A DNA stretch of 64,000 bases from an uncultured virus (IMG/VR IMGVR_UViG_3300037067_013648) (IMGVR_UViG_3300037067_013648); one strand, 5' to 3'; positions 38,629 through 48,434 are shown, numbered from the stretch's first letter. Notes: a model not told the origin generated them from the sequence alone. A program made the numbers and translations.

Positions 38629-38792
38629 TTGATACTAGTAATAATTTAGTTAATACGTCTAATGTTGTTTTGAATGATGTAATGTATTTTGATTTACGAA
38701 AGGATGATGGTTATTATGTATGTAATATTAATATTGAGAAGCTTAAAGAGATGAAGATTAGGAAACGTATACGTAAATTATTTAATAGTTAA
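38625..38792 (+). CDS. 55-aa hypothetical protein
   Basis: ATGA overlap with the deaminase stop; fills the gap before the next gene. Confidence 0.45.
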   Translation: MIDTSNNLVNTSNVVLNDVMYFDLRKDDGYYVCNINIEKLKEMKIRKRIRKLFNS

Positions 38793-38821
38793 TATATGCA
38801 AAAGGAAAATTTAAAGGGTAA

Positions 38822-39598
38822 ATGAAAATATCGTCGTTAAGTGTTATTAATGAAGGGTACGGAAGAGTTTACAATTCTAAATATTCTAATTATAATGTTG
38901 ATCCACAACCAAATGTATTAGCTTTAGGTAGGTGGGTTAATCACAAAAATACTAGACTTCTTTGCGGGATTAATCTAAGATATTTGTCTGATGATCAAAT
39001 TGTTGATCTTCAAAAGAATTTGCAATATATTTTGTCTGATCGTAATTTACGTCGTCGTGTTCGTCGTCTTCGTAAGGTACTTCCTCAAGTTTTCGATCGG
39101 GCATACAGGACTTATAATCAAGATCATATTACCATAATTGCTCCTGACACTCTTAAGTTTTATAGGGAACCTGTTCCTAAGACTGTTAAGGTTCCTGTTA
39201 CTAAGGCTGTTGAACCTAAGCCTTTTAATAAGATTAGTGGTTCTGAGGTTGGTGAAAAGGAAAAGGATGATTTTAAGAATAAGGGTCTTGAGGCTCCTGA
39301 GAAGTTTGATGATGTTGATGATATTGATCAGATTAAGAAGGATGATAGTAGTCTTAATTTGAATGCTGATGAGCCTTCTCCTGATGAGAAGGAGGTTCTT
39401 CATAAGTCTGCTAAGGGTGTTGAATTGAAGAATAAGGATGAGGTTAAGGATATTGATAAGAATAAGGATGATAAGAAAGTTAAAGATACTTCTGAGGTTA
39501 AGAAGGATAGTAATTTTGGTAAGTCTTCTGTTGATGTTGATGATCTTGATTATGAGGAGGGTGAAGAGGAGCAGGATTCTGGTATTCAAAATAAATAG
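38822..39598 (+). CDS. DNA end-protector-like (T4 gp2-like) protein with an acidic tail
   Basis: DPQPNVL..LLCGINLRYL..RAYRTY; MKISSLSVINE leader. Confidence 0.55.
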   Translation: MKISSLSVINEGYGRVYNSKYSNYNVDPQPNVLALGRWVNHKNTRLLCGINLRYLSDDQIVDLQKNLQYILSDRNLRRRVRRLRKVLPQVFDRAYRTYNQDHITIIAPDTLKFYREPVPKTVKVPVTKAVEPKPFNKISGSEVGEKEKDDFKNKGLEAPEKFDDVDDIDQIKKDDSSLNLNADEPSPDEKEVLHKSAKGVELKNKDEVKDIDKNKDDKKVKDTSEVKKDSNFGKSSVDVDDLDYEEGEEEQDSGIQNK

Positions 39599-39610
39599 TA
39601 TTTTAGTTTT

Positions 39611-40306
39611 GTGATTATTAATATTAAATATCAGTCTGGTGATGACACGCTTGATACTTGTAATATTGATAGTATTAGGAGATTTTTTGATAATCATAAG
39701 GATTATAATTTTTATGAACTTGTTTTGAAATATGGTATTAAGCCTTCTACTTTAAAAGGTATTAGAGCTAAGGCTGGTATTAAATCTGATACTAAGCAAT
39801 CTAATTTTTTAAGGTCACATAAACCTAAGACTAGTGAGAGGGTATTACCTAGTGTTACTGATCGTGCTATTTGGGATAATAAAGAGTGGTTAACTGAAAC
39901 TAATAAAAAATATGGTATTGTAGCTATTGCTAAGATTACTGGTAAGTATGTTTGGGATATTCAGAGAAGATTTAAGAAATATAATATTAGGGCAATACCT
40001 TTAGCTGAACGATTAAAAAAGAACAAATATGATACTGATGAATGGATAAATGATTCTTATTTTGTTAAGAATCTTCAAATTGAAACTATGGCTAAAATTG
40101 CTGGTGTCAGTATATATACTATATATGACTGGCTTGTTGCTAGAAATATTTATCCTAGGGATTTGCATACTAGTAATGCATATAGAAATTGGTGTATTAA
40201 ATCTGCAAAGAAATTAGAAGAATATAATAAAAAGTATGGAACAAAGTTACAGAGTATTAGAGAAATTCCTGACTCGGGATCAGAACATTTTGAAGATAAG
40301 GCGTAG
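39611..40306 (+). CDS. Multi-HTH DNA-binding protein
   Basis: Repeated helix-turn-helix segments (IAKITG, MAKIAGVS). Confidence 0.6.
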   Translation: MIINIKYQSGDDTLDTCNIDSIRRFFDNHKDYNFYELVLKYGIKPSTLKGIRAKAGIKSDTKQSNFLRSHKPKTSERVLPSVTDRAIWDNKEWLTETNKKYGIVAIAKITGKYVWDIQRRFKKYNIRAIPLAERLKKNKYDTDEWINDSYFVKNLQIETMAKIAGVSIYTIYDWLVARNIYPRDLHTSNAYRNWCIKSAKKLEEYNKKYGTKLQSIREIPDSGSEHFEDKA

Positions 40307-41372
40307 CTATAATGGTTTTGTAATTGTTAGAGATGATAAGACAAGAGAGTTTATTAATATTGATAGGATTTTATATGGTACTAGGGTTAAGAAGAGTAAA
40401 AGTCGTGTTATTTGGTTGGCTCCTGATGTTAAATGGTGGGATCAACTTTATGATGGTAAGATTTTAGCTAAATATTATGAATATCCTGTTAGTGAATTAG
40501 AATTTAATAATGACGATTATTTTGCTTTATATAAATGGTCTTTTAAAGAGTTTAATAAGTTGAAGTTTTTTGATAAATATAATTTTATTCATGAATTATA
40601 TAATTTTGTAAAAAAACATGCTTATAAGGTTTTTAAATATCCTGATGATGTTTTGAGGTTTGATTTTCAATTGGCGGTTGAGGATAATATTAAATTGTTA
40701 GCACATGATGGTTATATATTTCCTAGATATAAGAATCATGGTAATTTATTATTTAAGAATTTTTTTCCTTATCAGGCTTATAATTTTAGTGGTATGGCTT
40801 TAAATAATAGAAATAATTTTAATTTTTTATTACTTAAAGCTATTTATAGGATTATTGATAATAACATTCAAAAGGATTTCAATTATGAATTAATTATGGA
40901 TAGTCTTGCTAAATTAAAATATTCACATGGTAAATTGCATGTTTTTAGACCTACTTGTTTATACAGAGCTATTATTAATGATCTTGATTTAAATGGTAAA
41001 TCTTTTTTTGATTTTGATCCTAGATGTGGTGAAAAGTTTTTAGCATCTGTTATTCAAGGATGTCAATACTATTTTAGACCTACATATCCATTTGATTTAT
41101 ATTATAAAAAGTTTGCTGATTTTTTAAATTATGAAGATATTAGTGAATATAATGAATCTACTAGGTATGATTTTTCTATAGTTGATTTTGATTTTAAGTT
41201 TAGTATGTCTAAATTTGAATATTATATGAATAATCATTTTAAAAATATTGACACTAATATAATTTATGTTAATCATAAGTTTGTTAATATTGTTGAAAAG
41301 AAATACCCACCACATAGGAAAATACCTATAAAGATTTATAGTAATGCTTGTTATTTCTTTGTTTATAATTAA
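40236..41372 (+). CDS. Degenerate methyltransferase-like protein
   Basis: FRPTCLY..FDFDPRCGEKFLA parallels FKPWVA..VDPCMGWGGRLLG of 9941..11275; no SPPY. Confidence 0.5.
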   Translation: MEQSYRVLEKFLTRDQNILKIRRSYNGFVIVRDDKTREFINIDRILYGTRVKKSKSRVIWLAPDVKWWDQLYDGKILAKYYEYPVSELEFNNDDYFALYKWSFKEFNKLKFFDKYNFIHELYNFVKKHAYKVFKYPDDVLRFDFQLAVEDNIKLLAHDGYIFPRYKNHGNLLFKNFFPYQAYNFSGMALNNRNNFNFLLLKAIYRIIDNNIQKDFNYELIMDSLAKLKYSHGKLHVFRPTCLYRAIINDLDLNGKSFFDFDPRCGEKFLASVIQGCQYYFRPTYPFDLYYKKFADFLNYEDISEYNESTRYDFSIVDFDFKFSMSKFEYYMNNHFKNIDTNIIYVNHKFVNIVEKKYPPHRKIPIKIYSNACYFFVYN

Positions 41373-41385
41373 TCAAATTTATTGT

Positions 41386-41622
41386 ATGAGCTTCAGTGAA
41401 ATTACTATTTATAGGACTTTACCAGTGGTTGGTGGGTTTATTAAAATTATTGATGATAATAATAATCTTCCTAAGCTTGTTCTTTCTGAAGTTCCATATT
41501 CTGAATTAAAGTTTGGTGTTACTTCTAAATTGGATTTTATTGAGTTTCCTGGAGTTGTAGCTAATGATGATAATGTTGATTATCAAGGTGTTGTTCGTGA
41601 TTTAGCTATTGCTAAGCTTTGA
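41386..41622 (+). CDS. Small hypothetical protein
   Basis: AAATTTA 11 nt before the ATG at 41386. Confidence 0.55.
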   Translation: MSFSEITIYRTLPVVGGFIKIIDDNNNLPKLVLSEVPYSELKFGVTSKLDFIEFPGVVANDDNVDYQGVVRDLAIAKL

Positions 41623-41662
41623 ATTTTTATTATTTGTAAATAATTATAATAAAACTTAAAGT

Positions 41663-41899
41663 ATGAGTTTTTTAGATGATTTGTTTTCTAAACGTGGTCA
41701 ACCATCTATTGGTGGGTTATCGTTTAATTTTATACCTATGTTGATTCCTGGTAGTTCTCAAGTTCCTATTAGTTTTTATGAAATTGATCCGTTAACATCA
41801 AGAACTGAACATTATTATAATGCTAGAAATAATGCTTTATATCGTAGGAAGTTTCTTTCTGAGTATTATGCTATTTGGGAACAGATTTCTTTTACTTAA
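41663..41899 (+). CDS. Small hypothetical protein
   Basis: 78-aa ORF. Confidence 0.55.
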   Translation: MSFLDDLFSKRGQPSIGGLSFNFIPMLIPGSSQVPISFYEIDPLTSRTEHYYNARNNALYRRKFLSEYYAIWEQISFT

Positions 41900-41926
41900 C
41901 TCAAATATACTAAGAGGAAGCATTAA

Positions 41927-44608
41927 ATGTCAATAACCATTGGAGTACCGAGCAAAGACGAACTTGTTGATAGAGAATATGTTGAAGTGCCAGGGGCAGA
42001 TGGTAATGTACATGGTTTTCAATATGATGCTGAGACTAATACTTTATTTGCGAAGGAATCACAGGTAGTTATACCATCTTTTCATGGTATAACTCACGTT
42101 GTTGATGATCCTATTCCTGAGGCTACTCCTTGGCTTCGTGGTTTAATTAGTGCTGCTGACAAGGCTAAGCTTGATAGTTTAACACAGACTAGACTTGGTG
42201 TACTTGGTTTCATGGGAAGTGGGATGCCCGATGATGGTGGATACATGAGTGGTGACATTATTCTTGCTGCTGGTAGTGAATTTATTAGTATTGAACGTGT
42301 TGGTAATATTATTCGTTTTACTGCTGATACACCTATCCCCCTTTCGTGCGGGTGTGAATCTTGCGCTCAGATTTATTGGATTCAGGATGAGTCTGATACT
42401 AGGTCTGTTAGACCACCTAGTTGCAATGGTATTATGCCTGGAGTTAATTCATATGGTGAGCTTAAGATTTTTGCTTATCCTAGGGATCGATTGTTTAATG
42501 CTAATAATCCTGATGATTATTATGATGATAAGAATTTAGTTCCAACTCTTCAGTTTAAGCGTTATGTTAATGGTAACATTCAGAATCTTGCTGAATTACA
42601 GATGGTTTTGCGTCGTAATAGTAATCAGACTACTAATGTTGGTTGGTCTATGACTCCTGGACCTGCTGAGGTTCCTGAGTGTGTTTGGTATATGGGTTCT
42701 GATTCACAAGGTCGTCAGATTACTTTTGAGCTTTCAAGGGCTTCTGATCCTGCTCTTCTTGGTGGTTTGTTATATAATGGTCATAGTATTACTAAGCAGA
42801 TGGCTGTAGTTACTGGATATACTGCTAATATTTTATCAACTAATCAATATAATATTAAGTTGTGGTCGGTTAATGAAGCTAAGGCTGTTGGTGATGCTCT
42901 TGTTGCTACCAATGTTTGGAAGTATGATATTACTGGTACTACTCCGGTTTTGAGCACTGATAAGTTGGTTCAATTATTGGATGTTGGTACTTTAGTGGAA
43001 ATTTGGCAGTTTGAGATTTCTAATATTAATAATATTGTTACTTATTCTTATTATTTTAATCAGCGTCCAATGATTAATCCTGCTCATCTTTGGTCGTTGT
43101 CTAATGCTATTAGGTTTGGCGATTTATATGAACAGAGAGATGATGTTAATCAGCATCAGGGTTCTACTGGTTTTGGTACTGGTACTGATTTAACTGCACA
43201 TATTGATGATGTTAGTGATATTAAAGTTTATGAAAGATTTATGTGGGGCATAACTGGATTTGAAGATCCTTTACTGCTTGCTTATGATGGATTATATGAT
43301 ACATATGGTAATTATGAACCTAGTGGTGCTATTGTTAATGGTAGATATCAAGCTTTTGTTGATTATAGCATTCCTGGTTTAAGAGTTGAGAAGATTGTCA
43401 ATGATACTCGTGGTGATATTAATCATGATGGTAAAATAGATGATGCTGATCTTGCTCTTTTAATGACTTCAATGAATACTTCTATTGGTGATTCTGCATA
43501 TAATTCTGATGCTGATTTTAATCAGGATGGTGTTGTTGATGTTCGCGATTTAGCTATTTTTGGTACTAATTATAATATTTATGCTAAGCGTTATAGTGAT
43601 CAGCCGGTATTTATTTGGAACCGTACTAATCATAAGAATTTCTTACTTAAGACTAAGGTTGGTAGACCTCCTGATAGTGATTTCCCGCCTATTGATATTT
43701 TACTTAGTGCTCCGATAGATAGTTTAGATGATGTTTTTGTTAAGATAATTAAACGTGGAACTTATTTAACTGGTGTATTTGCTAATTTGCCATATGTTGT
43801 TGTTAATACTACTGATTTTAAATTATTGCCTCAAACTGGTACTTTAAGAGTTCTTACTGGTGTTTATCGTGATATTCTTTGGAAGTATAGTCATAAAGTG
43901 TTTGATGGTGATAAGGTTATATTAGTTGGTATTGATACTATGTTCCCATTTGATGAAGATTATCTTACTTCTACTTCTGGTACTGTTCCTGTTGTTGATA
44001 TTCCTACTAATTCTCTGATGTGTCAATTAGTTCATGCTGATTATACTTCTGCTGCTATAAGACTTGAATTTAGTATTAACTCTACTACTGGTTCTGAATC
44101 TGTTCAGTTACAATTTAAAGCTGGTAAGTTGAGTATGAAAACACCATATGATTTGGATAGATTAGCTCTTGATGGCAAGCCTTACCCTTATGATGATTTC
44201 GTTCGTGGTTTTGCTCCTGGTGAGTTTTCTGTAAGTAAGATTTATACTCAGGTTGGGTTTATTAGTGATGGTGTTGGTTCTAATACTAGTTCTGATGTTG
44301 ATGGGTTTAAAGTTTTTGATGGTGGATTACTACCAACTATTGTGAATGGTAGCACTGAAGCTTGGAATGATCTTATTATTATGGTACGTGATAATCAGCT
44401 TTGGGTTTGGTGGAATAATTTACTTATTTCACCTGATCCTATATTAACTAGCCAATTACCTACTCCTGTTGCTATTAATACTCAATATTGGCCTATTAGT
44501 AAATTACCGATTGGTAAAGTTGGCTTTAGGTTATGGCCTGGAGCTACTTTAAGAGATATTTCAGTTAATGATCAATTAGATTTCTTCAATGAATTTACGT
44601 TAGGTTGA
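41927..44608 (+). CDS. Large virion (fibre/baseplate-associated) protein with a dockerin-like domain
   Basis: IPEATPWLRGLISAADKAKLD fibre motif; GDINHDGKIDDADL...ADFNQDGVVDVRDL. Confidence 0.75.
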   Translation: MSITIGVPSKDELVDREYVEVPGADGNVHGFQYDAETNTLFAKESQVVIPSFHGITHVVDDPIPEATPWLRGLISAADKAKLDSLTQTRLGVLGFMGSGMPDDGGYMSGDIILAAGSEFISIERVGNIIRFTADTPIPLSCGCESCAQIYWIQDESDTRSVRPPSCNGIMPGVNSYGELKIFAYPRDRLFNANNPDDYYDDKNLVPTLQFKRYVNGNIQNLAELQMVLRRNSNQTTNVGWSMTPGPAEVPECVWYMGSDSQGRQITFELSRASDPALLGGLLYNGHSITKQMAVVTGYTANILSTNQYNIKLWSVNEAKAVGDALVATNVWKYDITGTTPVLSTDKLVQLLDVGTLVEIWQFEISNINNIVTYSYYFNQRPMINPAHLWSLSNAIRFGDLYEQRDDVNQHQGSTGFGTGTDLTAHIDDVSDIKVYERFMWGITGFEDPLLLAYDGLYDTYGNYEPSGAIVNGRYQAFVDYSIPGLRVEKIVNDTRGDINHDGKIDDADLALLMTSMNTSIGDSAYNSDADFNQDGVVDVRDLAIFGTNYNIYAKRYSDQPVFIWNRTNHKNFLLKTKVGRPPDSDFPPIDILLSAPIDSLDDVFVKIIKRGTYLTGVFANLPYVVVNTTDFKLLPQTGTLRVLTGVYRDILWKYSHKVFDGDKVILVGIDTMFPFDEDYLTSTSGTVPVVDIPTNSLMCQLVHADYTSAAIRLEFSINSTTGSESVQLQFKAGKLSMKTPYDLDRLALDGKPYPYDDFVRGFAPGEFSVSKIYTQVGFISDGVGSNTSSDVDGFKVFDGGLLPTIVNGSTEAWNDLIIMVRDNQLWVWWNNLLISPDPILTSQLPTPVAINTQYWPISKLPIGKVGFRLWPGATLRDISVNDQLDFFNEFTLG

Positions 44609-44749
44609 AACAAATTTAATTTATGCTTTTGTCTTGTATTAACTATAATTATATAGTAATATATGAGAATATTGAGAAAAAGAAACCATATATAATTAAA
44701 ACAAAATAAAAAATGTTGGAATGGATATAAAAATCATTTTTTGAAGTAA
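44606..44749 (+). pseudogene. Dispersed repeat copy C: internally deleted remnant of a 3939..5024 paralog
   Basis: 5' MLLSCINYNYIVIYENIEKKKPYI joined out of frame to LKQNKKCWNGYKNHFLK*, which resembles IKQDPVWWNEYTKFIKN*. Confidence 0.8.
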
Positions 44750-44757
44750 TTAGAATT

Positions 44758-45978
44758 ATGGATAATGATTGCACCAAACTTGGTGTAGATATTGATTCTT
44801 TTAAAAATAGTCAATTTTTATTTAGTGATTATAATTCTATTCCACCTATGTTTTTTACTAAACATTTTCAGGAAGTACCGTTTACTAATAGGTATAATGG
44901 TTGTTCTGCTTTTCTTATTGCTAGTGGTCCTAGTTTTAATGAGTTAGATAAATCTTTATTGACACGTTCTGGTATTTTGACTATGGGGCTTAATAATAGT
45001 CCATCAGTTTTTAGACCTAATTTATGGACTTGTGTTGATAATCCAGCTAGTTTTTTGCAATCTATTTGGAGAGATCCTAAAATTGAAAAAATAGTTCCAA
45101 TTTCTCATATTCATAAAAAATTATCTGATAGTACTGGTAATAAGATTATTGATACTAAAATTGAAGTTGGTGATTGTCCTAATGTTTTTTATTATAGGAG
45201 GAATGAGGTTTTTAATCCTTCAAGCTATCTTTTTGAGGATAAAATTAATTGGGGTAATCATTCTAAGATTGGTGGTGGTAGGTCTGTATTTTTAGCTGCT
45301 ACTAGAATTCTTTATCTTCTTGGTATTAAAAACCTTTATTTATTAGGTGCTGATTTTAATATGGATAAGTCTAAAGAATCTAAAGATGGTGGTAATTATA
45401 GTTTTCCTCAGGCTAGGTCTAATGGTAGTATTAATGGTAATAATAGTACATATAACAGCATGATGAAATGGTTTGGTCAAATGAAAGAAATATTTGATGA
45501 TGTTGGGTTTAAAGTTTTTAATTGTAATAAAAATAGCAGATTAACTGTTTTTCCATTTGTTAAATATGATGATGCTATTAATAATAGTCTTAAAAATTTT
45601 CCTGATGTTAATAATGAAAAAACTTCTGGTATGTATACTAGAGAAGCTGATGCTGAGAATGAGGTTAAGGTTGTTGAGGCTAAGAAAGTGGCTGCTCAAT
45701 TTAATGAAAACGATAGGATTAATATTAAAGCTAAATTAGATAATAAACGTACTGAACTTGAGGATGCTAAGAATAAAACTATGGCAGCACTTAAACTTGT
45801 TAATAAAGATATAATAACTAAAGATGATACTGCTAATTTTACTAAACCGTGGTTAAAAATTAAACCTGATGTTATATTTAATGATGTTTATAATTTAAGG
45901 ATGATTGAGGAAAAAATTAGAAAAGAATTCAAAATTTTAGAGGTTGAAAAGAATAGAGTTTGGGGGATAGTTAAGTGA
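44758..45978 (+). CDS. DUF115/Maf-like (MptE-like) putative sugar transferase
   Basis: AFLIASGPSF, TMGLNN and YLLGIKNLYLLGADF. Confidence 0.7.
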   Translation: MDNDCTKLGVDIDSFKNSQFLFSDYNSIPPMFFTKHFQEVPFTNRYNGCSAFLIASGPSFNELDKSLLTRSGILTMGLNNSPSVFRPNLWTCVDNPASFLQSIWRDPKIEKIVPISHIHKKLSDSTGNKIIDTKIEVGDCPNVFYYRRNEVFNPSSYLFEDKINWGNHSKIGGGRSVFLAATRILYLLGIKNLYLLGADFNMDKSKESKDGGNYSFPQARSNGSINGNNSTYNSMMKWFGQMKEIFDDVGFKVFNCNKNSRLTVFPFVKYDDAINNSLKNFPDVNNEKTSGMYTREADAENEVKVVEAKKVAAQFNENDRINIKAKLDNKRTELEDAKNKTMAALKLVNKDIITKDDTANFTKPWLKIKPDVIFNDVYNLRMIEEKIRKEFKILEVEKNRVWGIVK

Positions 45979-46637
45979 GTTATGTTGTAATAGGTGGTGG
46001 TCCGTATGCTAGCGAATTGCTATATTATATTAAACATATTGATTGTGGCAGGAATGGTGATTATCATATTGTTGCTAATGATTTTAATGATTTTGAATTT
46101 TTAAAAGAAAATAATATAAAGGTTACTATTCATAAAGATATTGATAAGTTTTTTAAAGATAATCAGTTTCCAAAATTTGTTTATTTTGGATCTGGTAAAT
46201 CTAATATCAGAATTAAAATGTTTAATGAAGTTAATAAATATTTTGATAACTTGATTGGTATTGGCAATCCTATCATTGTTGATTCTATTATTCATACTAA
46301 TAATATTGGTTTTGGTACTGTTTTTGCTCCTGGTTCTTTTGCTGCTCCTGGTTCTAAGATTGGTAACAATGTACTTGTTAATTATAATGCTGTTGTTAGT
46401 CATCATTCTATTATTGAAGATTTTGTTAGTGTTGGTCCAAATTCTTTTATTGGTGGTAAATGTATTGTTAAGCATGGAGCATATATTGGCGCTGGAGTAT
46501 GTATTAGAGAAAAAATTACTATAGGAGAGAATGCTATTATTGGAATGGGTGCAGTTGTTACGTCTGATGTTCCTGATGGAATTACTGTAGTTGGTATACC
46601 AGCTAAACAAATTTCTTTAAAAGGTGGATGGAAATGA
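45975..46637 (+). CDS. Sugar N-acetyltransferase (PglD/NeuD/PerB hexapeptide family)
   Basis: Left-handed beta-helix repeats; IGENAIIGMGAVVTSDVP..VVGIPAK. Confidence 0.9.
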   Translation: MSYVVIGGGPYASELLYYIKHIDCGRNGDYHIVANDFNDFEFLKENNIKVTIHKDIDKFFKDNQFPKFVYFGSGKSNIRIKMFNEVNKYFDNLIGIGNPIIVDSIIHTNNIGFGTVFAPGSFAAPGSKIGNNVLVNYNAVVSHHSIIEDFVSVGPNSFIGGKCIVKHGAYIGAGVCIREKITIGENAIIGMGAVVTSDVPDGITVVGIPAKQISLKGGWK

Positions 46638-47521
46638 GTATAGATAAAGCTAAGGATACTATTAATAAAGTTATTTCTTTTTATAAATGGTCAATTAATA
46701 ACACTATTTTTATTGAGGGGTTGAAAAATTTTGGTGATTGTTTGCATGTTAGTATGGTTGTCAATCAATATCGCAAGGTTTTTCCAGATAAGCATATTAT
46801 ATGGGGTGTTAGTGAGAAATATTTTGAACAGTTTGAATCATATACTGCTCATGTGGCTTGTGTTGTTTTTCCGCTTCCGCATGATATGTCTCCTGATGAT
46901 AGAAGGGAGTTAAAGAAATGGTCAGAGAGTCTTGGGTTTTATAAAGTTGTATTTCCTTGTGTTAGTGTTAGTGGTTGGAATAAAGGTGGTAGTATAATAG
47001 ATAATGTTTTAGCTAATGCCAATATTACTGAACTTAAAGTTCCAAGACGTCCAGTGTTTCCTCATGAAATTACTGATTATCAGTGGCATGATCAATTTAT
47101 TATTAATAATGGTCTTTTAAATAGGCCATATATCGCTCTTGAATATAATAGTTATACTTTATCTAAACCTCCACATAATGTTACTTGGTCTATTGATGTT
47201 TATAATCGGATGTTGTCTAAAATGGATATTCCAGTAGTATATATGGGTTCTAAGGATGATCCAAAATTAAATTATGGCTTTGATGCTCGTGGTTGTACTT
47301 GGAGACAAGCTAAAGTTATGATTCAAAGAGCTAAGTTAATGGTAGGATGTGGTAGTGGATTATCTGTAATATCTGCATGTGACGATATTAGTACCCCATT
47401 ACTTGAGATAAATATTGGTGACCCCATAAGCATGAAAAGCTGTTATGGCAAACAAAACGCGAAGTCAATACGTGCAACCTTGTGTGAAGAAGTCATTAAA
47501 GAAATCACAAAATACTTCTAA
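46628..47521 (+). CDS. GT9-like glycosyltransferase
   Basis: NFGD and LMVGCGSGLS; paralog of the next gene. Confidence 0.7.
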   Translation: MEMSIDKAKDTINKVISFYKWSINNTIFIEGLKNFGDCLHVSMVVNQYRKVFPDKHIIWGVSEKYFEQFESYTAHVACVVFPLPHDMSPDDRRELKKWSESLGFYKVVFPCVSVSGWNKGGSIIDNVLANANITELKVPRRPVFPHEITDYQWHDQFIINNGLLNRPYIALEYNSYTLSKPPHNVTWSIDVYNRMLSKMDIPVVYMGSKDDPKLNYGFDARGCTWRQAKVMIQRAKLMVGCGSGLSVISACDDISTPLLEINIGDPISMKSCYGKQNAKSIRATLCEEVIKEITKYF

Positions 47522-47522
47522 T

Positions 47523-48434
47523 ATGAATAATCATGCTTTATTAAGTAATGCGCTATCAACTGTTGATAGTGCTGTTGATTATCTTAGGAAGTCTAGTGGA
47601 TCTCCAAAAATATTAATTGAAATTTATGGTAATTTTGGCGATAGTACTAATTCTACCGCTATTATAAAGCATTATAAATTAAAATATCCAAATTCAAAAG
47701 CTGTTTTTTTAACAAAAAATAATTATCTTAATGCATATGAGTTAAATAAAGATTTTGATAAAATTTTTGGTTTACCAAATGGTTTGAATCCACAAGAAAG
47801 AATAAAAATTGGTCAATATATTGTCAATAATTTTAATGATATAGAATTTAAATTGTGTCCATCTGTTTTTCCATATAGTGAAGTTTGGAAATCACATATT
47901 TGGTCATATCCGGTTATTTCTCATCAATTTTTTTCAAATGCCAAAATTAATTTAAGTGAAATGCTTGGGGATAAGAAGTTAAATATTCCAGTTTCAGAAG
48001 ATGACAATAAGTTTGCTAGTGATTTTATTAATAATAGGAAATGTATAGCTTTAGAATATACGAGTTATTCACTTACTCCATTTTGGAGTATTAATGATTT
48101 TATAGTATTTTCTTCCATAATGAAGAATAATGGTTTTAGTCTTATTTCTTTTGCTGGCTCTAATGAAGGCATTATTCCTGGAACTATTGATGGTCGTGGT
48201 ATGACTTGGAGAAGGACTGCTGCTATAATTTCTAAATGTAGATATATGGTTGGCATTGGATCTGGCATAACTATGCTTGCTACTGCGGCAAGACCAACTC
48301 CAGCTATTATTGAACTTGGTGTATCTGACTCAATTTCAATGACTGCATGTGGATATGCTAATAGCCATGTTTTAAAATGTCCGCCGTCTGATGCTGCCGC
48401 ATACATTATGAATGCAGAAAGGAATGCACGATGA
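47523..48434 (+). CDS. GT9-like glycosyltransferase
   Basis: NFGD, IALEY, DGRGMTWR and YMVGIGSGIT. Confidence 0.7.
   Translation: MNNHALLSNALSTVDSAVDYLRKSSGSPKILIEIYGNFGDSTNSTAIIKHYKLKYPNSKAVFLTKNNYLNAYELNKDFDKIFGLPNGLNPQERIKIGQYIVNNFNDIEFKLCPSVFPYSEVWKSHIWSYPVISHQFFSNAKINLSEMLGDKKLNIPVSEDDNKFASDFINNRKCIALEYTSYSLTPFWSINDFIVFSSIMKNNGFSLISFAGSNEGIIPGTIDGRGMTWRRTAAIISKCRYMVGIGSGITMLATAARPTPAIIELGVSDSISMTACGYANSHVLKCPPSDAAAYIMNAERNAR

Noticed and set aside
11668..39697. Long alternate-frame and antisense ORFs (e.g. 11668-12093, 29518-30402, 32701-33047, 37759-38070, 39047-39697)
   Set aside because: Low-complexity Leu/Ile/Asn translations that arise because skewed codon usage removes stops from shadow frames; they overlap well-supported genes
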